A DNA stretch of 64,000 nucleotides, taken from the NCBI GenBank assembly GCA_965198005.1, contig CBDAOI010000004.1:768001-832000 (forward strand), in the 5' to 3' direction. The position numbers and the translations under genes were made by a program. This document shows positions 45,949 through 55,824 of this stretch, in pieces. Position 1 is the stretch's first letter. The number at the start of each line of letters is the position of its first letter. Source of the DNA: Spirochaetia bacterium (GTDB lineage: Bacteria > Spirochaetota > Spirochaetia > SZUA-6 > Bin103). The notes beneath the pieces were generated by a model that had not been told where the DNA came from, did not search any database, and was given only the letters and a program-made list of their open reading frames with translations.

Positions 45949-47999
45949 GTCTGCAACTCGACGAGCTGGACCAACGAGCGGCCAAGGCATTCGACGGCTA
46001 CCTGGTACGCAAGGACTTGGTGCGCAAGTACAGCCGCCAATACCCCGTACCTACCTACGTAGTCGAATTCCTGCTCGGACGCTACTGCGCCACTACCGAC
46101 CAGCAGGAGATCGAGGACGGACTGGCAATCGTCGAACGCCAACTGGCCGATCGCACCGTACGCACCGGCGAGGAAGAGCTGTTCAAGGCGCGCGCCCGTG
46201 AGCGCGGCTCCATCAAGCTGATCGACATCGTCAAGGCGCGGCTCGACGCGAGGACGGACTCACTCATCGCGGAGCTGCCCAGCCTCGCGTTGCGGGACGT
46301 CAGGATCGACGACGACCTGGTACAGCAGCACGAGCGTATGCTGACCGACGGGTTCTACGCCGAGGTCACGCTGAGTTACGACGCCAGCATCGCCCAAGAG
46401 AAGAATGGCCGCCCGTTTGCGATAGACAGCCTGCGCGCAATTCAACTCTCCAAAGCCGACGTGCTGGACACCCTGTTGCGTGGCCGGCGAGAACTCAGCG
46501 GCGAGGAGTGGAAAAAAATCCTGCTGCGGAGCGTCGGTTTTGAGCCGGCAGCGCTATCCGAACGTGCCCAGATGGTAGCGCTGATCCGCATGGCACCGTT
46601 CGTGGAGCGCAATTTCAACCTGGTCGAGTTGGGACCGAGAGGGACTGGCAAGAGCCATCTGTTCCAACAGATCTCCCCCTACGCACACCTGATCTCCGGC
46701 GGCAAGGCCACGGTGGCCAAGATGTTCGTCAACAACGCCACCGGCCAGCGGGGCCTCGTCTGCCAGTACGATGTGGTCTGCTTTGACGAGATCTCCAGCA
46801 TCTCGTTCGACCAGAAGGACGGCGTAAACATCCTCAAGGGCTACATGGAATCCGGGGAATTCTCGCGCGGCAAGGAGAGCATCCGCGCCGATGGCGGTAT
46901 CGCCATGGTCGGCAACCTCGATGTGGAAGTCGAGCACCAGCAACGCGTCGGACATCTGTTCAGTCCACTGTCCGCGGACATGCGCGACGACACCGCGTTC
47001 ATGGATCGCATCCACGCCTACGTGCCGGGCTGGGAGTTCCCGAAGCTCAATCCGAACGAGCACTTTACCGACCACTTCGGCTTGGTCAGCGACTTTCTCT
47101 CCGAATGTTGGAGCCGATTGCGCACCAGCACCCGCCTGCAGACGTTGCAGGGACGGGTCAATTACGGCGGCGCCCTGAGCGGCCGCGACATCACGGCGGT
47201 GAACAAGACGGTGAGTGGCCTGCTCAAGCTGCTTTACCCGGACCCCGCGATGGAGGTCCCCGACGACGAGCTGGAGGAGCTGGTGCGGGTTGCCCTCGAA
47301 GTGCGCCGCCGAGTCAAGGAACAGCAGAAACGGGTATTCAAGAGCGAATTCCGCAACACCCACTTCAGCTTCGCGATGGGCGAGGACGGCATCGAAAAGT
47401 TCGTCGCCACGCCGGAGTTGCGCAGCGACGACGCCATCGATCCCGATCCGTTGCCGCCCGGGCAGGTGTGGGGAATCGGCCCCGGCAGCCTGGAGACCGG
47501 TCCCTCCCTGTACCGCATCGAGGCAACCGCGAGCCCGGGTAGCGGCGTCAAGATACTGAACGCGCCGGTGCCGCCCCCATTCCGCGAGAGCACCCGGTAC
47601 GCTGAACAGAACCTGTACACCCGAGCGCGCCAGTTGGTTGGCGACCGCGATCCTCGCGCGCAGGAATTCTCGGTCCAACTGCGTGCCATGGACAACGAGC
47701 GTTCGGGGGAAGCGCTGGGTCTCCCGGTCCTCCTGGCGCTGTGCGGCGCCCTGCTCGAGAAGAGCCTGAAGGGGGGTCTGATCGTGGTCGGCGCCCTGAA
47801 CCTGGGCGGGTCCGTGGAGCAATTGGCAAATGCCGTCGGCATCGTGGAGGCCGCCGTCGAAAAGGGCGCCGATACCGTGCTGCTCCCTGTTTCAGCGCGG
47901 AGACAACTCTTTGAGCTGTCAGACGACATGGCCACCCGAGTCAACGTGCAGTTCTACTCGGATAGCGCGGATGCGCTGCTGAAGGCGCTGCTGGAGTAG
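45945..47999 (+). CDS. brxL: BREX Lon-like AAA+ protein
   Basis: VPTYVVEFLLGRYC, VELGPRGTGKSH, CFDE, KGYMESGEFSRG, AFMDRIH; C-terminal Lon-like domain. Confidence 0.9.
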   Translation: MSLQLDELDQRAAKAFDGYLVRKDLVRKYSRQYPVPTYVVEFLLGRYCATTDQQEIEDGLAIVERQLADRTVRTGEEELFKARARERGSIKLIDIVKARLDARTDSLIAELPSLALRDVRIDDDLVQQHERMLTDGFYAEVTLSYDASIAQEKNGRPFAIDSLRAIQLSKADVLDTLLRGRRELSGEEWKKILLRSVGFEPAALSERAQMVALIRMAPFVERNFNLVELGPRGTGKSHLFQQISPYAHLISGGKATVAKMFVNNATGQRGLVCQYDVVCFDEISSISFDQKDGVNILKGYMESGEFSRGKESIRADGGIAMVGNLDVEVEHQQRVGHLFSPLSADMRDDTAFMDRIHAYVPGWEFPKLNPNEHFTDHFGLVSDFLSECWSRLRTSTRLQTLQGRVNYGGALSGRDITAVNKTVSGLLKLLYPDPAMEVPDDELEELVRVALEVRRRVKEQQKRVFKSEFRNTHFSFAMGEDGIEKFVATPELRSDDAIDPDPLPPGQVWGIGPGSLETGPSLYRIEATASPGSGVKILNAPVPPPFRESTRYAEQNLYTRARQLVGDRDPRAQEFSVQLRAMDNERSGEALGLPVLLALCGALLEKSLKGGLIVVGALNLGGSVEQLANAVGIVEAAVEKGADTVLLPVSARRQLFELSDDMATRVNVQFYSDSADALLKALLE

Positions 48000-48050
48000 C
48001 CGACCCTTCAACGTTCGCTCGTTCGGCACGGCAATGGGCGCTATCGCCAA

Positions 48051-48902
48051 TCAGACCGGTTGCCTCTCACGTTCCGCGCGTGCGATCCGGCCGAGAATAC
48101 CCTTCACCGTTACGTCAAGCTGGGACTTCTCTCGATAGTCCGCAGGCGCCACAAAATCCACGCGGCCGTCTGAAATGAGTCCGTGAATCTTACTCAGATC
48201 CTTGTCGCTTCGGCACGGATCGTACACTGCAATCGGATAGCCATGATTGTGGGTCATCATCTTCATCGTCGGGATGTCCGTCTCTCCGTCGCCAATGAAT
48301 ATCATTCGACGGAACGGTATGGGCCGTTCGTTTTCAGGTGTATACGAATTGATCGCCTCCTGGTTCCAATGGTTATCGATTCCCTTATTGATACGAAAGA
48401 GATATTGGGTCTTGGTCGTGTAGTTGATAGCAACCCCCGGCCAGATGGCATTTCCGTCTTTGTAGATGAATTTCGAAGCAAACACATGGCTAAACTGCCC
48501 TCGTATTGGACAACCATCGATCATTTCTTGAATACAAGATGAGATGATGTAGTGCTCAAGCAGGAGATCGTCATCCCGCGCATACTCATTGATCCGCTGA
48601 AACCATGACTTGTCTTCAAGTCCTGGGAACAGCTCGGCCTTCTTGCCGTGGTTGCGGAGTGTCTTGTCCGACACCATGATGCCCTTCTCACGCGCCTTCT
48701 CGATCATTACCTGCATGTAGACGAGAATCTCATCCGCATCGTTCTTCTTTGCGCGCGTTTTCACCTCGGCCCAGAATTCGTCACCCAACATTCCTACTTC
48801 TGGTATGAAACTCCGTTCCTGAAGGTTGCCTCGCGCCAGCGTTCCATCGAAGTCGTATATGAGGGCCGTTCGTTTCAATTCGTTATGCATGAGCGTCATC
48901 AC
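48051..48902 (-). CDS. HAD-family hydrolase, lower GC
   Basis: YDFDGTL, IISS, KTQYLFRINKG, IGDGETDIP. Confidence 0.85.
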   Translation of the reverse strand: MMTLMHNELKRTALIYDFDGTLARGNLQERSFIPEVGMLGDEFWAEVKTRAKKNDADEILVYMQVMIEKAREKGIMVSDKTLRNHGKKAELFPGLEDKSWFQRINEYARDDDLLLEHYIISSCIQEMIDGCPIRGQFSHVFASKFIYKDGNAIWPGVAINYTTKTQYLFRINKGIDNHWNQEAINSYTPENERPIPFRRMIFIGDGETDIPTMKMMTHNHGYPIAVYDPCRSDKDLSKIHGLISDGRVDFVAPADYREKSQLDVTVKGILGRIARAERERQPV

Positions 48903-49019
48903 AACTTAAGCACAGTTATTGCGACGGTCAACTTCGAGGGACCGCGAGCGGCGAACAGAAAAAGCTCGGTACGTTGCCGCCGGTGTCCATCCCACCGGGG
49001 TCGCGGACGACGGCGTCGT

Positions 49020-49215
49020 AGCGCAGCACCGCTCCATCGCCAAGCTCAAGCAGATTCAGCATCCACGTCTTCAGATTCCAGGCCAGGGCTGCGATCAGAA
49101 AGTAAGCTTGGTTCGCGGCCAGGGAGCCGGTGGGGATATGGGACAGTCCCAACCCATGCTTGAAGTCCTTAATGAGATTCTCTTGGTTGCCCCGACCCTG
49201 CGCGATCGGCGTCCG
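49020..49215 (-). mobile_element. IS1380-family transposase C-terminal fragment
   Basis: RGNQENLIKDFKHGLGLSHIPTGSLAANQAYFLIAALAWNL. Confidence 0.75.
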
Positions 49216-49239
49216 CTTGATCACCAACCGGTACGGCTT

Positions 49240-50287
49240 GCTCCAGGTGCGCGACTACCTCCCCGTGCAGCGCGGCTATAGCCCCCATACCTGTGAGAGC
49301 TACGCCTATGCCTTCCGGCTGTTGTTCATCTTCGCTGCCGATCGCCTCGGCATCAGACCATCGCAGCTGTACCTCAAACACCTCGACGCCCCGCTCATCC
49401 TGGCTTTCCTCACCCACTTCGAGGTGGATCGTGGTGGCAGCCCGGCCAGCCGCAACATCCGACTGGCAGCAGTGAAAGCCTTCATGCGCTATGTCGAGTT
49501 CCGCCACCCGGCTGCGCTCGACCAAGCCAGACAGATCCTTGCCATCCCGACCAAACGCCATGATCAGCCGCTCGTCCGCCACCTGACCATGGACGAGATC
49601 AGCGCGCTCCTGGACGCTCCCGATACCACCACCCGGTTCGGCATCCGCGACCGCGCCATGCTCCATCTCTGCTTCGCTGCTGCTCTGCGCGTGTCCGAAC
49701 TGGTGACGGCGCAGGTGGCAGATCTGTCGCTGCGCGGAACTGCGAGTCTCCGAGTGCTTGGCAAGGGCCGCCGTGAGCGCTGTCTCCCGCTGTGGAAACA
49801 AACCGCCGCCGACCTCCGTGCCTGGCTCGCCGTCCGCGGCGAGAATCCAGTGCCGGAGCTGTTCCTGAACGCCACCGACAGGCCCATGAGCCGCGCCGGA
49901 TTCGAGTACGTCCTGGACAAGCACGTGCGGGCAGCCGCGACGGCATGTCCCCTCGCTGGCGGGACGCCCGATCTCGCCCCACCAGTTACGCCATAGCTGC
50001 GCTCTCACCGTGCTTCAGGCTACCGGCGATATCCGCAAGGTCGCCCTATGGCTGGGACACGCCGATGTGCGCACCACCGAAGTCTATCTGCGCGTGGACC
50101 CCACCGAAAAGCTGGAGGCCGTCGAAGCTGTACTGCCGCCGGAACTGCGGCGCGGGCGATTCAAGGCGCCCGACGCGCTGATCGCCTCGCTTCTGGCCCC
50201 GGGATAATGCACAGCGATCTGGGCCTCAAGAGCCATTCCTAAAGGAATTAGGTCATGTGACTCCGCATTACCCCGGGCTCCGCATTA
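49240..50287 (+). mobile_element. RIT-type tyrosine recombinase remnant (5'-truncated, frameshift ~49950) with terminal repeats
   Basis: YLPVQRGYSPHT..SY, RVSEL, GKGRRER, then SPHQLRH..WLGH..TTEVY; CTCCGCATTA repeated at 50261 and 50278. Confidence 0.72.
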
Positions 50288-50600
50288 AACCAAGTTAGAA
50301 AGTCGCGTCGCCCCGCCGTCCGCCTAGTGCACGACGTGATGCGCGTCGCAGTGGCGGAGCTGACAGCCGGGGAACTGACACTGATGGTGGTCTCTGACCT
50401 CCAGCGCGCGGCGTAACGGGGTCGGCACCGTGCGCGTTCTGCGCCCGACCTCCAGGACTGCGCCGTCGGGAGCGTGGGTCACCAGCACGCGGCCGGCGTC
50501 GCAGGCGATGCGGCGGGCTGCGGTCGCAGCGAGGTGAATGCCATTCGCCTGTTCGATGACCGCCGCGTCGGCGGCGCGGGTGGAGTCGGCCGCCGGCGCC
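50288..50600 (-). pseudogene. DUF222/HNH endonuclease fragment
   Basis: RRIACDA..VGRRTR..LRRALEVRD..CQFPGC..DAHHVVH*ADGGATRLSNLV. Confidence 0.8.
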
Positions 50601-51030
50601 GGGGGCCGGGCCGGTGGCGGCGCCGTGCGGGATGCTGATTGTTCCATGGCGGTTTCCATGGCTGTATGGTACACCCGGTTTTGGACGGGGCCGTAGGCGG
50701 CCGTGGCGAGCTTGGTTCGGCGATTTTGGAGTTTCGTGGCCAGATTGGGGTTGGCGGCCGCTCCAGCGCAGGCTAGGGCCCGTGTGCGGGAGATGGTGGC
50801 GTGGGTTGGCGCGGGGCCGAGGCGGGCTGTGAAAACCGTGTCAAGCTCCAAACGCCGCTCAACAGCGATTTTTCGATTTTTTTGGAGAGAGCCCCGCGCG
50901 GTCGCACGCGCTCGCACCGCCCTGCGTGACACTTTGTCACCCCTGCGCTGCAATCGTCCTCCAAACCAGATCTTGCCCCTCTGATTCACTCAATACGAGA
51001 CCTACACCCAAACAATTGGAGGAGTCACTT

Positions 51031-52195
51031 ATGACATTCAGAAAGTATCTCGCACTACTGTGCGTTCTCGTCCTCACCGCAACCGCGCTCTGGGCGAGCC
51101 CGGCCGGCGAAGACGAGTCCGATGCCGCCATGGAAATGGAGAAAGAGATGGTGACGGACCCGTCCACCGGCGAGATGGTGACGGCCCCGCGGTATGGCGG
51201 GACCTTGACCTTCGTCAAGACCGGCACCTCGGCGAGTGCCGATATCGTGGTCCCAGGCGGGTGGGCGGAAGCCCTGATCGATCCCGTGCTTGAGAAGCTG
51301 GGTATTGCGGACTCGACGGCGCCACGGGACCAATTCGACTTCGTGTTTCTGTTCCCGCCAGACCACACGAGAGGGGCACTGGCGGAAAGCTGGTCGCAGC
51401 CCGACCCAACGACGGTGGTCGTCAATGTGCGCCAGGGCGTTCGGCGGCATGACAAGCCACCGATGAACGGTCGGGCGCTGACGGCCCAGGACATCGAGTA
51501 CAACTATCACCGTCTGTTGGGACTCGGCAGTGGATTCACCGAGCGAACGATCATGCCTTGGGAACTGCTCGCGGAGGCGAACATAGAATCGGTAACGGCA
51601 ACCGATGAATCGACCGTGGTGTTCAAACTGGAAAGGCTGACCCTCACTATTCTGCCGGCTGTCCTGAACAGTTTCGCCGGCTGGATGTACCCGCCGGACG
51701 TCATCGAGGAACACGGAGACGCGGCCGATTGGAAGAACCTCGTCGGCACCGGACCCATGATGTTGACCGACCGCGTCGAGGGCAGCTCTGTCACCTGGGA
51801 GAAGAATCCCGACTACTGGGGTCATGACGAGAAATACCCGCAGAACCGGTTGCCTTACATTGACCAGTTGCGGGCCCTGATCATGATCGAACCCGCGACC
51901 CGTTTGGCGGCACCGCGCCGGACTTCACAGGCGGTCATCCAGTTTGAAGATTGGCCGGAAGAGGTCAGGAAGGTCTTTACGTACGACCCTGAAGGAGCCA
52001 AAGAGCTGTTGGCCGAAGCGGGCTATCCCGATGGCTTCAAGACCACGATGATCCATCTTGAGCGCTACGATCTGAACTACATACAATTACTCGCGTCATA
52101 CTGGAAAAAGATTGGCGTCGAGGTCGAAATAGATGTCCATTCGCCGCCTTCCCACGCGGCCAAACGAAGTGCGCGAGATTTCGTCATGACGAATG
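51031..52195 (+). pseudogene. Family-5 peptide ABC substrate-binding protein with internal deletion and 3' truncation
   Basis: Paralog of 54025-55824; jumps from EPATRLAA to SQAVIQFEDWPE; fused to a permease fragment. Confidence 0.85.
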
Positions 52196-52400
52196 CTGGC
52201 GGTGTTCATCATTCCCAGCCTGATTCTGGGAACGGCCTCGGCCGCCGCCACCATGCGGATGACGCGCACCATGATGCTGGAGGTGCTGAGGCAGGATTAC
52301 ATCCGCACCGCCTGGTCCAAGGGGCTGAAGGAGCGGGCGGTGGTGGTCCGGCACGCCGTCAAGAATGCCCTGATCCCGGTGGTGACCCTGATCGGCCTGC
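52193..52400 (+). pseudogene. DppB/OppB permease internal fragment
   Basis: [35 protein letters not shown] (EAA loop). Confidence 0.85.
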
Positions 52401-52478
52401 GTGCCGTGCGGCCGGCGTGACGCTACCCTCCCGATCGGTGTAGGCTGTGATCATCAGGAGTGATGAGGCGATGACGGC

Positions 52479-52862
52479 ATGAGCGGCGACACCATTGCGG
52501 TGCTGGGCGTCGGGGTGACGCTGTTGGCCGCGATTCTGACGTTCGGCTTCGCGTTGCTGGGCGCGCACCGAGCCACGCAGGCGAACCTGAACGGCCGCAT
52601 GGATCGCATGGAAGGCCATGTGGATCGGCGCATGGATCGCATGGATCAGCGCATGGATCGCATGGATCAGCGCATGGGCCGCATGGAAGCGACCTTGAAT
52701 GATTTGAGGCGAGACGTGACGGATATCGACCGCCGCCTGTCGCGCATCGAAGGAGCGGTGTTGGGGCCGTGGCGCCCGGAGCCGCCCACGGAGCCGCCGC
52801 CGGAACGGGAAGCGCGCCAGGAGCCCGTGCCGGCGTCCGGCGCCGGCAGCCCCCGGCAATAG
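52479..52862 (+). CDS. Small membrane-anchored coiled-coil protein with RMD(Q) heptad repeats
   Basis: N-terminal TM; repeated CGCATGGATCGCATGGATCAG; DRRLSRIEG. Confidence 0.65.
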   Translation: MSGDTIAVLGVGVTLLAAILTFGFALLGAHRATQANLNGRMDRMEGHVDRRMDRMDQRMDRMDQRMGRMEATLNDLRRDVTDIDRRLSRIEGAVLGPWRPEPPTEPPPEREARQEPVPASGAGSPRQ

Positions 52863-53264
52863 ACACAAGGACGCAAGGGAGCACGCATGTCAGCCAACGA
52901 CACGACGCCACGAGACGCCACGTTCGTCGATGTGGCTGGTTGACCCGCGTCGCGGGTCCGTGATACGGTCGAAGTCTCTCGCGGATCGCGTCCTCAGGGA
53001 GCCCCCTGAGACCATCCTTGAGCGCTGTAAATACGTGTTTCATGTGCGTCGCGACGGTCGCCCTCTCGGCGCGAACCTCATAGCTCGTGAGCATAAATGC
53101 TCGGGCGGCCGGTGGGAAGGGCAGATTGTTTCAACGCACAGCCCAGATTACCTGGGAGGGTCAGGAACGCGCACCGGCAGCCCGAGGCCCCGTACGCTGC
53201 TTGCGTTCCCCGATACGCGCCGGGAACACCTCCGGCCGGTGTTTCGAGCCGAACCCCACTGAGC

Positions 53265-53351
53265 AACCTGACCGGCGACGCGGTGCGGGACCTGCTGGAC
53301 CCGAGGCTCAGGGGCGGTGGCGGGCGCCTCGGCGCCGGCGGCGCGGGCTGA
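53265..53351 (+). pseudogene. DppC/OppC C-terminal fragment
   Basis: NLTGDAVRDLLDPRLRGGGGRLG*. Confidence 0.75.
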
Positions 53352-53360
53352 TCGCGCTGA

Positions 53361-53414
53361 TCGCACCTTTCGCACCTTTCGCACCTTGACGGGTGTCGAG
53401 CGTTGTGGTACAGT
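53361..53414 (+). promoter_or_regulatory. Sigma70-type promoter overlapped by a 3x TCGCACCTT repeat
   Basis: TTGACG 53386-91, 17-nt spacer, TGgTACAGT; 9-mers at 53361, 53370, 53379. Confidence 0.55.
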
Positions 53415-53452
53415 AACGCGACGACGTGAGACTCGGACGGATGCCGAGTGGC

Positions 53453-53603
53453 CCGAGCGGTTGACGGTCTGCTGCCCGAGTGCAAGAATGCAGCGTTCGG
53501 GGATATTGAGGGATGAGTATGAGGCACCACGACGACAGCCAGCGCAGTGACCGGTTGGCGGTGACGCAGCCGGTGGGCCCCCCGTGGGTCCCCCCCCCCC
53601 CCC
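53453..53603 (+). repeat. Promoter/leader-ORF/poly-C module, copy 1 (C14 at 53590-53603)
   Basis: TTGACG-17-AAGAAT, GGATG, DSQRSDRLAVTQP codons. Confidence 0.65.
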
Positions 53604-53806
53604 GGCCCCTAACCTTTGAAACCGAGAAACAACTAACCGCTCCGGCTGATCGCTCCGTACGCGACCCCGCGCACGCCGTTGCCTTCACCACCGCCGTGGC
53701 TATCGGTGGCACACCACCCCGCATCGCGTTGGCACGCAGGTGCGGACGCCCGTCGAGCGGTCGGTGTTGGCCTGATGGGACGCACCCAGATCAGACCCTA
53801 TTCTCT

Positions 53807-53997
53807 GTCAATTGCCGAAACCTACAGAAAATGGAGGTGCAAATGATACTCAAAGAACCGCACGCGCGCGCGGCGTGAGCCCGGGTGAACCCGGTGAGTC
53901 ACACGCCGCGCGCTTCAGGAAGTTGACTCTATCTGGCTGGTCGCCTGCGTTGCGGGCGCGAGAGTAGCCACGGAGCGACAAGTCGCTCCCCAATACT
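53807..53997 (+). promoter_or_regulatory. Conserved structured leader with uORF MILKEPHARAA (53843-53878), copy 1
   Basis: Highly similar to 63015-63202; GGAGGTG SD; three hairpins. Confidence 0.65.
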
Positions 53998-54024
53998 TTC
54001 AACATTCCATCGAAGGAAGAAACG

Positions 54025-55824
54025 ATGAAGATATTCTTTACACGGACTTTCGCGGTTGCGTTGGTCCTGGTGCTGACCGCCACCGGCCTCTGGGCCGCTG
54101 GCGCAGAAGAGGACACGACCGCCGCCGGGGAGAAGAGGTATGTCACCGACCCGACCACCGGCAAGATGGTGGTGGCACCACAGTATGGCGGGACAATAAC
54201 CTATGCCAAGGGAGGGACATCGACGGGTGCCGACGTCCTGGTCCTAGGCTCAATGGCAGAAGCCCTAATCGATCCCGTCGTCGAGAAGCTGGGGATGGCG
54301 GACTGGGCAGCGCCCAGGGACGAATTCCAGTTCCTCGGTAATCTCTGCCCTCCAGCCTACACGAAAGGGGGTCTGGCGGAAAGCTGGTCGCAGCCCGACC
54401 CACTCACTATTATCGTCAAAGTCCGCCGGGGCGTTCACTGGCATGACAAGGCACCGATGAACGGAAGGGAGCTGACTGCCCAGGATATCGAGTACAACTA
54501 TCACCGTATCTTGGGACTCGGCAGCGGTTTCACCGAGCCTAGCGAAGCTAGTAAATATGGTGCGTTGTCAGGTGTGAACGTGGAATCGGTAGCGGCCACC
54601 GACAAATATACGGTTGTTTTCAAGCTGCAGGAGCCAAGGCTCACTATTCTGACCGCTATCTTCAACGAATTCACCGGCTTTATGTACCCCCCCGAAGTGA
54701 TCAAGGAACACGGGGACATGCAGGATTGGAGGAACCTGGTCGGCACCGGACCCATGATGCTGACTGACCGGGTCGAGGGCATCTCCGTAACCTTTACCAA
54801 GAATCCCGACTACTGGGGCTACGACGAAAAATACCCGGAGAACCGTTTGCCCTACGTTGACCGGATAAGGGCACTAGTTATGACGGAACCGGCGACACGT
54901 CTGGCGGCACTGCGCGCCGGTAGGCTTGATTACATAGGTCTGATCGGCGCAGCTCAAATAGCGTCTCTCGACCAGGTAGAAAGCCTCCAGAAGACCAACC
55001 CCGAACTCGTGATATATCCGTCTGCTGCTTTCTCGACCACTAGTATAGGCATGAACGTTCAGGCGGAGCCCTTTGACGACATCAGGGTGCGCAAGGCAAT
55101 GCAGATGGCCATAAACCTCGAGGAAATCAACAACGCCTACTATAGGGGTTATGCCGATATCATACCTCAGGGGCAGCTAAGCCGGACTATTTCACAGGCT
55201 GTCATCCAATTCGAAGATTGGCCCGAAGATGTCAAGAAGGTCTTTGACTACGACCTGGAAGGTGCCGAAGCGTTGCTTGATGAGGCTGGATATCCGCGCG
55301 GCGCCGACAGCGTGAGATTTAAGACCGACTTTATGCACAACGAGAGGTACGATTTGAACTATGTACAATTAGTCGCCTCATACTGGAAAAGAATTGGCGT
55401 TGACGTGGAGATTGATGTACAGCCAGGCACGGCCATTGGCGCTAGAAGAAGTGCGGGAGATTTCAGACTCATGCAAGGGGAATCGGCCGGGAAAGTGTGC
55501 CCATGGGGATGGGCAGGGGGGAAGCGCTTTACGGATGTAGCATGGGACTCCTCCAATGTCGACGACCCAGTTTATAATGCCATGGTTGAAGCCGCCGAAG
55601 GCGCCTCCACCATGGAGGAACTAAACAGCATGGTTAAAGAGGTAAATCAGTATGCGATAGAGAACTTCTGGACGCTATTTAGTCCTGTGGCCCCAGTGTA
55701 TTCGGCGGTCCAGCCGTGGATCATAGGTTTCAACGGCGAGATGAGGTTGGGAGAGAATCGATATATCACCGTTTTCACCCGCCTCTGGATCGATCAGGAG
55801 CTCAAGGAGTCGATGGGTTTCTAG
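54025..55824 (+). CDS. Family-5 peptide/nickel ABC substrate-binding protein
   Basis: Signal peptide, PQYGG, LAESW, VGTGP, KNPDYWG, PFDDIRVRKAM, LLDEAGY. Confidence 0.92.
   Translation: MKIFFTRTFAVALVLVLTATGLWAAGAEEDTTAAGEKRYVTDPTTGKMVVAPQYGGTITYAKGGTSTGADVLVLGSMAEALIDPVVEKLGMADWAAPRDEFQFLGNLCPPAYTKGGLAESWSQPDPLTIIVKVRRGVHWHDKAPMNGRELTAQDIEYNYHRILGLGSGFTEPSEASKYGALSGVNVESVAATDKYTVVFKLQEPRLTILTAIFNEFTGFMYPPEVIKEHGDMQDWRNLVGTGPMMLTDRVEGISVTFTKNPDYWGYDEKYPENRLPYVDRIRALVMTEPATRLAALRAGRLDYIGLIGAAQIASLDQVESLQKTNPELVIYPSAAFSTTSIGMNVQAEPFDDIRVRKAMQMAINLEEINNAYYRGYADIIPQGQLSRTISQAVIQFEDWPEDVKKVFDYDLEGAEALLDEAGYPRGADSVRFKTDFMHNERYDLNYVQLVASYWKRIGVDVEIDVQPGTAIGARRSAGDFRLMQGESAGKVCPWGWAGGKRFTDVAWDSSNVDDPVYNAMVEAAEGASTMEELNSMVKEVNQYAIENFWTLFSPVAPVYSAVQPWIIGFNGEMRLGENRYITVFTRLWIDQELKESMGF

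Noticed and set aside
52597-52686. CRISPR-like repeat CGCATGGATC
   Set aside because: No spacers; it is a coding heptad repeat and no cas genes are present
52870-53260. Possible gene fragments
   Set aside because: Could not assign to any family from sequence alone
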